The notes: generated from the sequence alone by a model not told the origin. 64,000 nt of DNA from Candidatus Pacebacteria bacterium CG_4_9_14_0_2_um_filter_40_15 (GCA_002788675.1 PFRS01000008.1:3233-67232); one strand, 5' to 3'. Numbered from the stretch's first letter, positions 1-10,149 are shown. Numbers and translations: made by a program.

Positions 1-343
1 TTGCTAACTTTTCAATGATCTTTATTGAGTTAATAGTTTCAGGAGTGCTTGGAATTGCTGCATCAAGGAGCGGTAATCGATTTTCAAGAGTTAAATATAT
101 AGACTGGGCTGAACCCAGTGCAGCAACTTTTTTATTAAGTTGTTCTTGGAGTGCTTTTTTATCTTCAATTTCTTTAAGCAAATCTGACATAGTTAATAAG
201 GTTGGGCGAATTGCAAAGAGGGCCAAGAAGATGATCAAACCAACGGTCAGAAAGAGCTCCATAGATACTTGTGCTACCGGATTATGGTAGAACTGATCGA
301 GTATTGCAGCGAGTTGTTTTTTTCTTTTTTGTGTTGTTGCCAT
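1..343 (-). CDS. PilO-like type IV pilus assembly protein, 3'-truncated by the window edge (ATG at 343..341, no stop in window)
   Basis: Minus-strand ORF reads MATTQKRKKQLAAILDQFYH...FLTVGLIIFLALFAIRPTLL...KKALQEQLNKKVAALG: short cytoplasmic tail, one TM helix, then coiled coil. It lies immediately downstream of pilN and overlaps its stop. The + strand ORF 15..290 in the track is the antisense artefact. Confidence 0.45.
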   Translation of the reverse strand, partial: MATTQKRKKQLAAILDQFYHNPVAQVSMELFLTVGLIIFLALFAIRPTLLTMSDLLKEIEDKKALQEQLNKKVAALGSAQSIYLTLENRLPLLDAAIPSTPETINSIKIIEKLA

Positions 344-345
344 GA

Positions 346-966
346 TTAGAGCCCCCCTGTTCGGTCAAGGACATCCACTTTTTCTTCAGATTTACTAACT
401 TTATCTTGTTTTTCGATTACCTTTGTTTTTGCACGAATACTAAATGCAAAACCAGGCTGTGTATTATCTTCGTTGGATTCAACTTTATCTACTGAAACTT
501 CATGAAACTTAGAAGAAATTTGAAGATTATTTATGAGCAAGTTGAAAGCTGTCTGAGAAAGCGTTGTTCCGGAAGCGATAATTGTATCGTTACTAATAAC
601 TAAATCGTCTAATAAAATTCCCTCAGGAATAATCTCTTTAATATCGGCAAATGTTTCAACAATAGTGTTGGATTGCTTTAGCTGCTCGTAACTAGAAATT
701 TTGTTTTGTGCAATACGGAAATTATTTTCAAGTTGACCATACGAAGAAATGATGGCAGCTTTATTAGAAATTGATTGGTTAAGATCAGTGACTTGTCGGT
801 CCAAAGTAAAGCGAGTAGCAAAACTAATTATAACGACAAGCTCGGTGAAAATAACGATGTATCTCCCTGCTGAAAGTGCCCACTTCAGAATACGACCAGG
901 TATGGTCGCAAAAAACGGGTCCTTGGGAAGCAAGTTAATCCTAATGGCGGCAGGCTTTTTTTTCAT
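346..966 (-). CDS. pilN: type IV pilus assembly protein PilN
   Basis: N-terminal INLLP signature (…AAIRINLLPKDPF…) followed by a TM helix and a coiled-coil region; 206 aa is typical PilN size. Confidence 0.6.
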   Translation of the reverse strand: MKKKPAAIRINLLPKDPFFATIPGRILKWALSAGRYIVIFTELVVIISFATRFTLDRQVTDLNQSISNKAAIISSYGQLENNFRIAQNKISSYEQLKQSNTIVETFADIKEIIPEGILLDDLVISNDTIIASGTTLSQTAFNLLINNLQISSKFHEVSVDKVESNEDNTQPGFAFSIRAKTKVIEKQDKVSKSEEKVDVLDRTGGL

Positions 967-1061
967 GTCTTCTTGGTGCAGTTTTTATATGCACTAATGA
1001 GTATACAAGTTTTTGAGCGCTTCACCAAGCATGAGTCTTACTTGTCTTGTAATTCAGTCGA

Positions 1062-2774
1062 CTATAACTGAAGATCGCGATCTTCAAGACTTGGTTCATA
1101 GACAAATTCTTCAGTCTTATCCAATCCTCGTTTCCAGAAAGAGAAATGTTGCGTGAGTCTCGATATGAGAGTGAGTTCGCGCACCTGCATGAGGGCAGAA
1201 AAGTATATATACACTAAAAATCCAATGGTAGTTGTAACAACAGTCAGTGCCAGGAGTTCAATACTTTTTGTTGTGTTAAATACAAGTTCATCTAGAACTC
1301 TAAAAGGAAGATAGAGGAAGACTGCCATTAAAAAGCTTGAAAGGAGCATTTTTGACTGAGGAATAATAAAGGATTTGTCAAACAGTCCGCGTACTTTTTT
1401 ATTCAGCAAGAAGATAAATAAGATTAGTTCAAGAATCGCAACGAATGAAGTTGTGATTGCTAAACCAAGTACTCCCAGATCAGTGAAAAAGACAAAATAG
1501 TTTGCAAGGAGTAAATAAATTCCTACAACAATGACTGTGACAATAAATGGCGTTTTTGTATCTTTGAGGGCATGAAAGGCTCTAATAAGTAACTGAACCA
1601 GAGCCTGAGCAGCTATAGAAAGGGATAAAATAGCTACTACTCGTCCTATTGAAAGTGTAGATGCCCAGTCTAAATTTCGTGCCCCATAAGCAAGACGAAC
1701 AATTGGAACTCTCAGTATGAGCAAGAGCACTGATGCAGGTAAAGCAAAAAAGCTAATTTGATTGAGCGATTGAATAATAAGCACTTGAAATTTTTGTTTA
1801 TCAAACGACGCCGATTCCTCAGATAAAAATGGAAGCGAAGCTTGTCCGATTGAAACACCAAAGAGCCTAATTGGCATGGTCATTAATCGTAGTCCTAGTT
1901 TTATGATCATAAAGGACACACTTCCAATAGATGTGGCAAAAAAACCAAGAGAGAGATTTTGAATTTCTGTCAGACTATAGGTAAGCACTCGAGCAGGCAT
2001 TAGAGAAAATAATTTTTTAACTCCAGGAAAGCTAAAGTCTAAAGAGAAGCGATAACGGAAACCAAGCTTATAAACAAAAGGAAACTGGATAATCATATGG
2101 AGAAATGCGCCAATGAGTACACCAATTCCAGCCGAGTAGATTCCAAATTGTTCTTTAAAGAGGTATGCTCCCAAGATAATACCTAAATTATAAAAAAGTG
2201 GACTAATTGCCGGCATGATAAAGCGCTGATACGATTGAAGTATGCCTGTGTAAAAGTTAGAAATTGCAAAGAGTACTTGGGCCAGGATCATTATTTTAGT
2301 TAGATCTAAAGCAATTTTTATTTGAAGTGGTGTAAATTCAGCACCAGTTCTTAACGTAGTGATAGGTTCAGCAAAGATAAAGATGAGCGCTCCTACAGCG
2401 ATAAAGGCGACTAATAGGATGGTCATAACTATTGAAGTAAGGGTAAAGGCATCTTTTTCAGATCTTTTTTTGCGAGTTTCGGTAAAAATGGGAATAAATG
2501 CGGCAGAAAGTGCACCTAAGACGATGAGCTGATACATAGTGTCAGGAATTTGAAAAGCGAGTTGAAATGCAGTATATGTTTCGCCAGCAATGCCTGGCCC
2601 ATAAAATTGACCCAAAAGAACTCTGTCACGGAGAACCCCTGCCAGAAGAGAAAACAAATTTGCGGTAGCAATAATTATACCGGCTGAAAGTATAGTATTT
2701 TGTTTTTTCTCGAGCCATCGCCCACTAATGAGAAGTTTTGACAGTTGTTCAGTTTTAAATGGCAGCATTTTCAC
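1062..2774 (-). CDS. murJ: lipid II flippase MurJ (MviN)
   Basis: 570 aa polytopic membrane protein. N-terminus ...ANLFSLLAGVLRDRVLLGQFYGPGIAGETYTAFQLAFQIPDTMYQLIVLGALSAAFIPIF matches the MurJ/MviN consensus. The listed start is GTG; an in-frame ATG lies at 2768. Confidence 0.8.
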   Translation of the reverse strand: MKMLPFKTEQLSKLLISGRWLEKKQNTILSAGIIIATANLFSLLAGVLRDRVLLGQFYGPGIAGETYTAFQLAFQIPDTMYQLIVLGALSAAFIPIFTETRKKRSEKDAFTLTSIVMTILLVAFIAVGALIFIFAEPITTLRTGAEFTPLQIKIALDLTKIMILAQVLFAISNFYTGILQSYQRFIMPAISPLFYNLGIILGAYLFKEQFGIYSAGIGVLIGAFLHMIIQFPFVYKLGFRYRFSLDFSFPGVKKLFSLMPARVLTYSLTEIQNLSLGFFATSIGSVSFMIIKLGLRLMTMPIRLFGVSIGQASLPFLSEESASFDKQKFQVLIIQSLNQISFFALPASVLLLILRVPIVRLAYGARNLDWASTLSIGRVVAILSLSIAAQALVQLLIRAFHALKDTKTPFIVTVIVVGIYLLLANYFVFFTDLGVLGLAITTSFVAILELILFIFLLNKKVRGLFDKSFIIPQSKMLLSSFLMAVFLYLPFRVLDELVFNTTKSIELLALTVVTTTIGFLVYIYFSALMQVRELTLISRLTQHFSFWKRGLDKTEEFVYEPSLEDRDLQL

Positions 2775-2910
2775 CTATTATAGAAACCATCTTGAATAAA
2801 AACAACTTGAGTATTGAGGAAGTTCACTACTCACTCAGAGAAACTACATTGCTGATTCAAGGCATATGTACAAAAAACACTGAAGTATAAGCAAAAGGTA
2901 GTTTCTCTAT

Positions 2911-2939
2911 TTGAATTTACAGCACAATTGAGTTATAAT
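2911..2939 (+). promoter_or_regulatory. sigma70-like promoter TTGAAT-N17-TATAAT upstream of rpsT
   Basis: Hexamers read directly from the sequence, about 95 nt upstream of the rpsT ATG. Confidence 0.35.
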
Positions 2940-3034
2940 TCCTGCCTAGCATAAAAAACTCACAGGAGAAATATTCATAAGCTAGTATAAGAGACAATAC
3001 AGTAGAATTAGAAAAAAGAAATAAGAATACAAGT

Positions 3035-3388
3035 ATGCCAATTTTAAAGAATGCAAAAAAAGCTTTACGTGTTAGTAAGAGAAAGACTGTGATTAATTCT
3101 CGAACAAAATCAAGAATGAAAACACTTGTTGATGCTTTTAAGAAAAGTCCAACACTCGAAGCATTAAGCTCAGCTTATTCTTCAGTTGATATTGCTGTTA
3201 AAAACAACATCATTAAAAAGAACAAAGCTTCTAGAGTAAAAAGTCAGTTAAGTAAAGTATTACCATCTGGTAAAACTGTTGCTTCAACAGCACCAAAAGC
3301 TGCTGCAAAACCTGCAGTCAAAAAAACAGTTGCTAAACCAACTGTAGCCAAAAAAACAAAGACAACCAAAAAAGCAGCTAAAAAATAA
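3035..3388 (+). CDS. rpsT: 30S ribosomal protein S20 with a Lys/Ala-rich C-terminal extension
   Basis: MPILKNAKKALRVSKRKTVINSRTKSRMKTLVDAFKK matches the S20 N-terminus (MANIKSAKKR...). The C-terminal 40 aa are AKPAVKKTVAKP... repeats, histone-H1-like. Confidence 0.8.
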   Translation: MPILKNAKKALRVSKRKTVINSRTKSRMKTLVDAFKKSPTLEALSSAYSSVDIAVKNNIIKKNKASRVKSQLSKVLPSGKTVASTAPKAAAKPAVKKTVAKPTVAKKTKTTKKAAKK

Positions 3389-3467
3389 GTATATCCTTTT
3401 CGGAGAAAGTGTCGCTTGGTATTCTACTGTGTACTAAGATGTTGGAGTAGCTCATAGAGCTTATATC

Positions 3468-5240
3468 ATGCAAGACAAAATTCGTAATTTCTCCATTATT
3501 GCTCATATTGATCACGGTAAAACAACGTTAACCGACCAATTTCTACATGTTACTAATACAGTTGGCGCTAGTGAAAAAACTGAGCGCATTATGGATAGTA
3601 ATCCAATTGAAAAGGAACGTGGAATTACCATTAAGTTGGCTCCTGCTCGAATGGAATATAAAGGTCATATTTTAAATCTGATTGATACACCAGGCCATGT
3701 TGACTTTGGATATGAAGTAAGTCGATCTCTGGCTGCATGCGAAGGTGGTTTGCTGGTTGTTGATGCAACGCAGGGTATCCAAGCTCAAACACTTTCAAAT
3801 TATGAACAAGCTCGAGCCTTAGGGTTAACTATAATTCCAGTAGTGAATAAAGTTGATTTGCCTTCGGCAGAGGTTGATAGAGTTATGCTTGAAATCATGG
3901 AGTTGTGTAACTGTGATGAAGACGACATTATAAAAGTTTCTGCTAAAACAGGAGTAAATGTCCCAGCAGTGCTTGATGCAATTATTGAAAGAATTCCTGC
4001 TCCAACAGGAGACGAAGCTGCCCCATTGAGAGGTTTGCTTATTACTTCACATTATGATGTGCACAAAGGAGCTATCGGTTTAGTGCGTGTTGTTGATGGA
4101 GAACTATCAAAACAAAAACTGCACTTTTTATCTTCAGGAGTATCTTTTTTACCTGTTGAAATTGGTGTCTTTTCACCAACTATGCGTCCTGTTGAAAGCA
4201 TTCAGTGTGGTGAAGTTGGATATATTGCTACTGGGCTAAAAGATATTCGTTCAATGAAGATTGGTGATACGGTGACGTCACATTTAACTAGAGAAAAAAT
4301 TACAAAATTAGCTGGATACAAAGAGCCAACACCTATGGTGTTTATGGAGCTGTATCCAACGGATGCTGCTGAGTTTACGCTTCTGCAAGATGCAATGGAT
4401 AAGTTGGCACTTCGTGATGCGGCATTAACTTTTCAAGGTACACACTCAATGGCCTTGGGTAGTGGACTTCGTGTTGGATTTTTGGGAATTTTGCATGCAG
4501 AAATTGTGCTTGAACGGCTCAGTAGAGAATTTGATTTAGAAATTATTGCGACTTTACCGTCTGTTACTTACAAAGTTACCACAACCGATGGGATTGAGTC
4601 ATTAGTTCAAACACCGGGGGACATGCCAGATCCTGCGCAAATTTCATTTATAAAAGAACCAATTGCAGCCGTCTCGATTTATGCGCCAAAAGAACGTATG
4701 GGAGATATTCTGAACCTAGTTAGAGAAAGACGCGGAGAGTTTACTAAAAGCTCTCAGGTAGGACAGCGAATGAATATTGAATGCGAAGTTCCTTTAGCTG
4801 AAATAATCACTGACTTTCATGATGTCTTAAAATCGCTTACTTCTGGCTATGCTTCACTCGAGTACTCTATCTCTGAGTTTAGAAAAGTTGAAGCCGTTAA
4901 AGTAACCATTCTATTAAACGCAGAACCTATTGATGCGTTGAGTTTCATTGCTGTTCGTGAGCGTGCTGAATATGAAGGTAGAAAAATTGTTGCTAAACTT
5001 AAAGACGTGCTTCCGCGCCAAATGTTTGAAGTGCCTATTCAAGCAGCTATTGGTGGAAAAATTATTGCTCGCGAAACACTGAAAGCATTTCGAAAAGATG
5101 TGACTGCAAAATTATACGGTGGCGACGTTACCCGTCGCAAAAAGCTGCTTTCTAAGCAGGCAAAGGGTAAGAAGCGCATGAAACAGTTTGGTAAAGTTGA
5201 GATCAATCAAGAAACTTTCATGTCAATTTTAAAACGATAA
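3468..5240 (+). CDS. lepA: elongation factor 4 (LepA)
   Basis: IRNFSIIAHIDHGKTTL G-domain, DTPGHVDF, NKVD. 590 aa with LepA-specific C-terminal domain. Confidence 0.95.
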   Translation: MQDKIRNFSIIAHIDHGKTTLTDQFLHVTNTVGASEKTERIMDSNPIEKERGITIKLAPARMEYKGHILNLIDTPGHVDFGYEVSRSLAACEGGLLVVDATQGIQAQTLSNYEQARALGLTIIPVVNKVDLPSAEVDRVMLEIMELCNCDEDDIIKVSAKTGVNVPAVLDAIIERIPAPTGDEAAPLRGLLITSHYDVHKGAIGLVRVVDGELSKQKLHFLSSGVSFLPVEIGVFSPTMRPVESIQCGEVGYIATGLKDIRSMKIGDTVTSHLTREKITKLAGYKEPTPMVFMELYPTDAAEFTLLQDAMDKLALRDAALTFQGTHSMALGSGLRVGFLGILHAEIVLERLSREFDLEIIATLPSVTYKVTTTDGIESLVQTPGDMPDPAQISFIKEPIAAVSIYAPKERMGDILNLVRERRGEFTKSSQVGQRMNIECEVPLAEIITDFHDVLKSLTSGYASLEYSISEFRKVEAVKVTILLNAEPIDALSFIAVRERAEYEGRKIVAKLKDVLPRQMFEVPIQAAIGGKIIARETLKAFRKDVTAKLYGGDVTRRKKLLSKQAKGKKRMKQFGKVEINQETFMSILKR

Positions 5241-5344
5241 GTGCTCTTTTCGAGTATATCTGAGTAATTTTAAAACAATTAATGCTATACTATTGGCTAA
5301 TGCCCAAAGTATTTGATAGCGAGACCCACTCAAGGAAACAGCAG

Positions 5345-6007
5345 ATGAAGAAAAAATCACCTTCGTCATCAACAAGTGATGCATCCAAGACGGTTAATCA
5401 CAGACATGTTGATGATTACTCAGATGTTTTAGCCTCTGAACCAAGTTGTGATAGGGTATTCACTTCTTTTGCACCTAAACCGAAGCATACTCGTTTTGAA
5501 TCTCAGGCAACAACAGAGAATGTGGTGTTACTGCTGAGACAACATCCTATTACTCAAGTAAAATGGATTCTTGTAGTACTATTCTTTGGAATTGTGCCGA
5601 TGTCTTTCCCGTTTTTACCTGTATATAGTTTTCTTCCAATCAGCTACCGTCTGGGACTTACTTTTCTTTGGTATTTAGCACTCTTTGGCTATTCATTTCA
5701 ATTATTTTTAAAATGGTTTTACAATGTGTATATTCTGACTGACGAGCGTGTTATTGATGTCGACTTTATTAGTTTAGCTCAGAAGAATATTACTGCTGCA
5801 AAAATTGATAATATCGAGGATATTACTTCTGAATCAGTGGGTTTTTCTTCAACTTTTTTTGATCATGGAACTGTTTTAATTCAAACAGCTGGAGCGGCAC
5901 AAGAAATTACTTTTGAGGCAGTTCCTTATCCAGCGAAAGTTACTGCTGTTCTTAATGATTTACTTCTTGAAGAAGAACGAGAAAAAATCGAGGGGAGGAC
6001 TCACTAA
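5345..6007 (+). CDS. membrane protein with a bacterial PH (bPH_2/YdbS-like) domain
   Basis: Two TM helices followed by ...VIDVDFISLAQKNITAAKIDNIEDITSESVGF...GTVLIQTAG, typical of DUF304/bPH_2. Start was moved from ATG 5282 to ATG 5345, which has an AAGGAAA SD 9 nt upstream. Confidence 0.4.
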   Translation: MKKKSPSSSTSDASKTVNHRHVDDYSDVLASEPSCDRVFTSFAPKPKHTRFESQATTENVVLLLRQHPITQVKWILVVLFFGIVPMSFPFLPVYSFLPISYRLGLTFLWYLALFGYSFQLFLKWFYNVYILTDERVIDVDFISLAQKNITAAKIDNIEDITSESVGFSSTFFDHGTVLIQTAGAAQEITFEAVPYPAKVTAVLNDLLLEEEREKIEGRTH

Positions 6008-6264
6008 TGTTGTTTCAACTTATTCTTAACCCGACTACTCAGTTTACCCAGGCAGATGCGACGGGCTTTGTTCTTGCTATTTTTAAGTGGATGCTTGTTA
6101 TAGTTGCAATTCTGTACATGTTTGTTGCAGTGATCATAACCCGACAAATTGGACTGATGCATGCTACAGTTTCTACTCCACATACAGTCAGACTTCGTCT
6201 TATCAGCTTAGTCCATTTGGCACTTTCAGGCGTTTTGTTGCTGTATTTTGTTCTGTTTTTGTGA
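6007..6264 (+). CDS. small hydrophobic membrane protein, start overlaps upstream stop (TAATG)
   Basis: 85 aa with two predicted TM helices. The ATG overlaps the stop of the upstream gene, suggesting translational coupling. Confidence 0.3.
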   Translation: MLFQLILNPTTQFTQADATGFVLAIFKWMLVIVAILYMFVAVIITRQIGLMHATVSTPHTVRLRLISLVHLALSGVLLLYFVLFL

Positions 6265-6333
6265 TAAAAATAGATCAAATAGTTGCAAAGAGACACACGG
6301 GTGTGTTGTTCTTCTTTGCAAATGAATATATAG

Positions 6334-8616
6334 ATGCCGAAAGTACGTGTTACACCAATCATCGGCCTGCCCCAATTTAATGGATGGTCTCAAGTAGTTG
6401 AGTCGCCTCCGCATTCGTCAGTTAAAGCAGTTCTGAGTGTTGCTATCGAAGGCAATCAAGCTGGAAACGTTGGCAGAGATATTGCGAATTTTTTCTCAGC
6501 ACAAGTAATTCAAACTCTCGAAGAATTTCATTCTTTATTAGAGGAAGTAATTAATCAGGCAATTGAAAATGAAGTTCGTATTTTATGTGCGGCAGGTTTT
6601 TTCGCGGGGGATCATTGTGCCTACGCCACATTTAATGGAGCAGTCTTGCTTCGAAGATCAGATAAAATTGGTACGATCTTAAGTTCGGGCAATCAGCTTA
6701 AACTTATTACGGGCCAAGTAAGTACACAAGATGTGGTTGTATTTTCAACACTCCCTTCAGCTCGCTTTTTTTCTGAAATTGAGATTAAATTTACTCAAGG
6801 CTATGATGTTGATACTATTGTTACCTCTGTTGTCCCAGGGCTTCATGCTGAGGAAAACTCATCTCTCTCGTCACTCGCGTTTGTAACCTTTGATGATACC
6901 CAGTCAGAACCTGTGCATTTAAATCATACCGCTGTTGTATCTCAACCAATTCGTGAGAAGTCTTCCTCTCAAAAATATTCATTTAGCAAAACCGTACAGA
7001 CTAATAGCCCAGATATTTCAGGTAAAGATTCCCCCCAGAAGCCTACAGAAAGTCATGCTGAAACTAGTTCGGAACCATTCTCTGTACAAGTACCCCAATC
7101 TGATTCTGATGAAGGTCACACAACTTTTGAAGAAAAACAGATGACAGCTTCTATATCAAGTGATACAGAAGCTGTTGTTGATTCTCTAACAGCTTCACTT
7201 GAAGAGCTCATTACTCAACCAGAAACAAAAGTGATTGACATTGGAGAAATTATTTCTAAGTTTATTTCAAAAATTGGTGCAGTATTTGCATTGTTTTTTT
7301 CTTTACTGAGTCGTGTAGGTAAAAAAGTACTCCCGATAGTTAAAAAATTTGGGAGTGTGAGTATATCAAAGATACGAGCAACAGTCACAACTTCAGAAGG
7401 TGGAGCTAGTAAAGCAGCATCAATGAAAACGATGCTGGTTGAGACAGGATCTACATTCAAAAGTTTACTTCCAAACCGTGACGTATACATCGAAACGTCA
7501 AATAGTAAGAAGCTAAGAAACATCCGACTGGCCGTGCTTTCAATCAGTATTTTAGTTGTACTTGGTGTCGTAGCCTTTATTTTACTTTCTAAACGTACCG
7601 CAGAACGTGAATCAGCACAGAGTGCTGTTGCCCCCTTTGTTGAGAGAGTAAAAAGTGCTGAGCAGTTAGCTGAGTCAGACCCCGTCTCAGCTAGAAATGA
7701 TGTTCAATCTGTACTCAGAGAGGTTGAAGATTTACAGTCTCAGTATGAGGCAGATTCGATTGGATTTGAGATAATTTCGACAGAAAGAGCAAAAATTGAA
7801 GCGTTATACTCAGATATTTCTGGTCTTGATGCTTTACAAGAGTTACCCATTTTTTATGATTTAAGACTGGTGAGTTCAGATTTCGTTGCTTCAAAAGTAT
7901 TGATGGATGGAACAAAGCTCTTTTTCTTTGACACTGAACAAAAAACGGCAATATCCCTTGAAACTACTTCAAAAAAAGCTGCCAAGCAGACAATACCCGT
8001 TGAAGCATTTGTTGATGCTGCGTTATTGGGGGGAAATCCATTAGTCTTAACAGATAATGGTATTGGTAGGGCTATATTCACAGATGAAGGTTTAGACTAT
8101 AACGAAGTTATTGCAGATGGTGACTCAAATCGCTTAGCAACCTTACTTGCAACCTATGATCCATATCTGTATGTAGTAAACCCAGAAAAAAGAAATATAT
8201 ATCGATATGCCGAAACTGAAGACGGTTTTTCGGATCCAATAGGTTGGATTCAAGAAATTGCGCGAGGATTAGAATTTTCTTCAATTAGTTCCATAGCAAT
8301 TGATGGTGATGTTTGGCTCGGTACAAAAAGTGGTGGTATCTATAAATTTACTCGTGGACGAGTTCAAGATTTTGAAATTCGCGGTCTGCAAGTACCTTTT
8401 GAGTCAACAGTGCTGGTCCACACTTCAGATGCATCAGATAAACTGTATATTTTAGAAGCACAAAAAAATAGAATTGTTGTATTGCAAAAAAATGGTGACT
8501 TTATTCAAGAAATTAGTAATACTTCTCTTGGTTCAGTTACCGATATTGTTGTTAATGATAGCGGTACATCCTTGTTTGCTATAAGTGGTTCAGTACTTTT
8601 CAAGATAGATTTATAA
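6334..8616 (+). CDS. large bitopic membrane protein of unknown function
   Basis: 760 aa. Globular N-terminal domain, Ser/Thr-rich linker, one TM helix (LAVLSISILVVLGVVAFILLS) near residue 400, then repeated beta-strand-rich C-terminal segments (propeller-like). No catalytic motif recognised. Confidence 0.5.
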   Translation: MPKVRVTPIIGLPQFNGWSQVVESPPHSSVKAVLSVAIEGNQAGNVGRDIANFFSAQVIQTLEEFHSLLEEVINQAIENEVRILCAAGFFAGDHCAYATFNGAVLLRRSDKIGTILSSGNQLKLITGQVSTQDVVVFSTLPSARFFSEIEIKFTQGYDVDTIVTSVVPGLHAEENSSLSSLAFVTFDDTQSEPVHLNHTAVVSQPIREKSSSQKYSFSKTVQTNSPDISGKDSPQKPTESHAETSSEPFSVQVPQSDSDEGHTTFEEKQMTASISSDTEAVVDSLTASLEELITQPETKVIDIGEIISKFISKIGAVFALFFSLLSRVGKKVLPIVKKFGSVSISKIRATVTTSEGGASKAASMKTMLVETGSTFKSLLPNRDVYIETSNSKKLRNIRLAVLSISILVVLGVVAFILLSKRTAERESAQSAVAPFVERVKSAEQLAESDPVSARNDVQSVLREVEDLQSQYEADSIGFEIISTERAKIEALYSDISGLDALQELPIFYDLRLVSSDFVASKVLMDGTKLFFFDTEQKTAISLETTSKKAAKQTIPVEAFVDAALLGGNPLVLTDNGIGRAIFTDEGLDYNEVIADGDSNRLATLLATYDPYLYVVNPEKRNIYRYAETEDGFSDPIGWIQEIARGLEFSSISSIAIDGDVWLGTKSGGIYKFTRGRVQDFEIRGLQVPFESTVLVHTSDASDKLYILEAQKNRIVVLQKNGDFIQEISNTSLGSVTDIVVNDSGTSLFAISGSVLFKIDL

Positions 8617-8661
8617 AGTAAAGAGCCCTCCTCGAATATACCCTGGTATAATAACCTGCAT

Positions 8662-9105
8662 ATGTTACTTGTTCCAAACAAAAGAGCACGAGCCGAATAT
8701 GACATCAGTAAAACACTTATTGCAGGGATTGTGCTGACAGGAGCAGAAGTAAAGAGCTTACGATTAAAGCAAGCAAGTTTAAAGGGCAGTTACATCAAGC
8801 TTGTAGGTAGTGAACTTTTCTTGATTAATGCACAAATTACTCCCTACAAATTTGCGGATACTCGACTTGAGTACGATCCAAAGAGAACCCGTAAATTATT
8901 GGTAAAGAAAAAAGAAATTTTAGATTTACTGGCACTTCAAGAACAAAAAAAAATCACCTTTGTTCCTTTATCAATACAATTGGTGGGCAAGTTCATCAAA
9001 GTAAAAATTGGAGTCGGTAAGGGACTCAAAAAATTTGAGAAGAAAGAACGACTAAAAAAGCGCGATCAAGAAAGAGATGTTGCCAAAGAATTGAAGTATC
9101 GCTAG
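8662..9105 (+). CDS. smpB: SsrA-binding protein SmpB
   Basis: NKRARAEYDISKTLIAGIVLTGAEVKSLR... matches the SmpB consensus (NKKARHDY..E.GIVL.GTEVKS). 147 aa. TATAAT at 8646-8651. Confidence 0.85.
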   Translation: MLLVPNKRARAEYDISKTLIAGIVLTGAEVKSLRLKQASLKGSYIKLVGSELFLINAQITPYKFADTRLEYDPKRTRKLLVKKKEILDLLALQEQKKITFVPLSIQLVGKFIKVKIGVGKGLKKFEKKERLKKRDQERDVAKELKYR

Positions 9106-9145
9106 TATTATTTCCCAATTTTGAGTATACTTTTGGTATATAGCA

Positions 9146-9430
9146 TTGTTTATAAAAGGAGGTAGTATGCCTAAACGCGTATTCTGGCCAGTAGCCATGG
9201 TCATTCTAGGATTAATTTTTTTAGCATCAAATTTAGGTATGTTGCCTAGAGCATTTTGGAATCTTTGGCCAATTATTCTTATAGTTGTTGGTCTTGGTGG
9301 ACTGCTAACTTCAGATCGTGAAGAGTGGATGGCTTCTGAGACAGCACCAAAAAAAACTTCAAAGCAACCTACAACAAAGGCTAAAAAAGCAGTTAAAAAG
9401 ACTACCAAAAAAACTTCAAAGAAGAAGTAA
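9146..9430 (+). CDS. small membrane protein with Lys-rich C-terminal tail
   Basis: Strong SD (AAAGGAGG), two TM helices, then KKTSKQPTTKAKKAVKKTTKKTSKKK tail. Confidence 0.4.
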   Translation: MFIKGGSMPKRVFWPVAMVILGLIFLASNLGMLPRAFWNLWPIILIVVGLGGLLTSDREEWMASETAPKKTSKQPTTKAKKAVKKTTKKTSKKK

Positions 9431-9433
9431 TAT

Positions 9434-10132
9434 ATGTCTACTCCCCATTTTCAGATAGCAATTGATGGTCCTGTTGCGGCAGGAAAGGGGACTATATCTC
9501 GTCTGGTAGCAGATCAACTAGGATTTCTATATGTAGATACTGGTGCAATGTATAGAGTAGCAACATTACTCGTAATGCGAGCTGGTACTGATTTCAATAA
9601 TGAAAATGCAATTGTTAAGTTAGTGCGTAGTAGCAATATTCAGATGCGCAATCCAAAAGCATATGAAAAAGATGGTCGTTTAACAACGGTTTTAGTCGAT
9701 GGTGAAGATGTGTCGTGGGACATAAGAACCGAAAAGATTAGTGCAAAAGTTTCAATTGTTGCCGCACATCCCAAAGTTCGTGAAATTTTAGTTGAAAAGC
9801 AACAGATAATTGCCGAGTCTCAGGATGTTGTCATGGAAGGTAGAGACATTACTTACAGAGTGTTACCAGATGCTAACTTAAAAATTTATCTTACTGGATC
9901 AGATACTGTTAGAGCAAAACGTCGTCATTTGCAGTCTTTGCAGCATGGCGAGTTTGTAACCTACAAGGAAGTATTTGATCTTTTAAAAATACGCGACACT
10001 AATGACATGGAGCGAGTGAATGATCCGCTTAAAATTGTTGATGACGCTTGGGTGATCGATACCAGTGACTTGAAAATACAGCAAGTTGTTCGTCTTATTG
10101 TAGACAAAGTTCACGTAATGATGGACATGTAG
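9434..10132 (+). CDS. cmk: cytidylate kinase
   Basis: IAIDGPVAAGKGTISRLVADQLGFLYVDTGAMYR is the Cmk P-loop plus NMP-binding signature. Confidence 0.9.
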   Translation: MSTPHFQIAIDGPVAAGKGTISRLVADQLGFLYVDTGAMYRVATLLVMRAGTDFNNENAIVKLVRSSNIQMRNPKAYEKDGRLTTVLVDGEDVSWDIRTEKISAKVSIVAAHPKVREILVEKQQIIAESQDVVMEGRDITYRVLPDANLKIYLTGSDTVRAKRRHLQSLQHGEFVTYKEVFDLLKIRDTNDMERVNDPLKIVDDAWVIDTSDLKIQQVVRLIVDKVHVMMDM

Positions 10133-10149
10133 TCCCATGAAAGGTGGTC

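Noticed and set aside
15-290. + strand ORF of 91 aa at the window start
   Set aside because: It is antisense to a much more convincing minus-strand PilO-like ORF (1..343) that is syntenic with pilN. The + ORF has no RBS and a hydrophobic low-complexity translation.
6039-6414. Cluster of short overlapping ORFs (6039..6362 -, 6087..6380 +, 6226..6414 -)
   Set aside because: They overlap the better-supported 6007..6264 and 6334..8616 genes in other frames or strands, with no RBS and odd composition.
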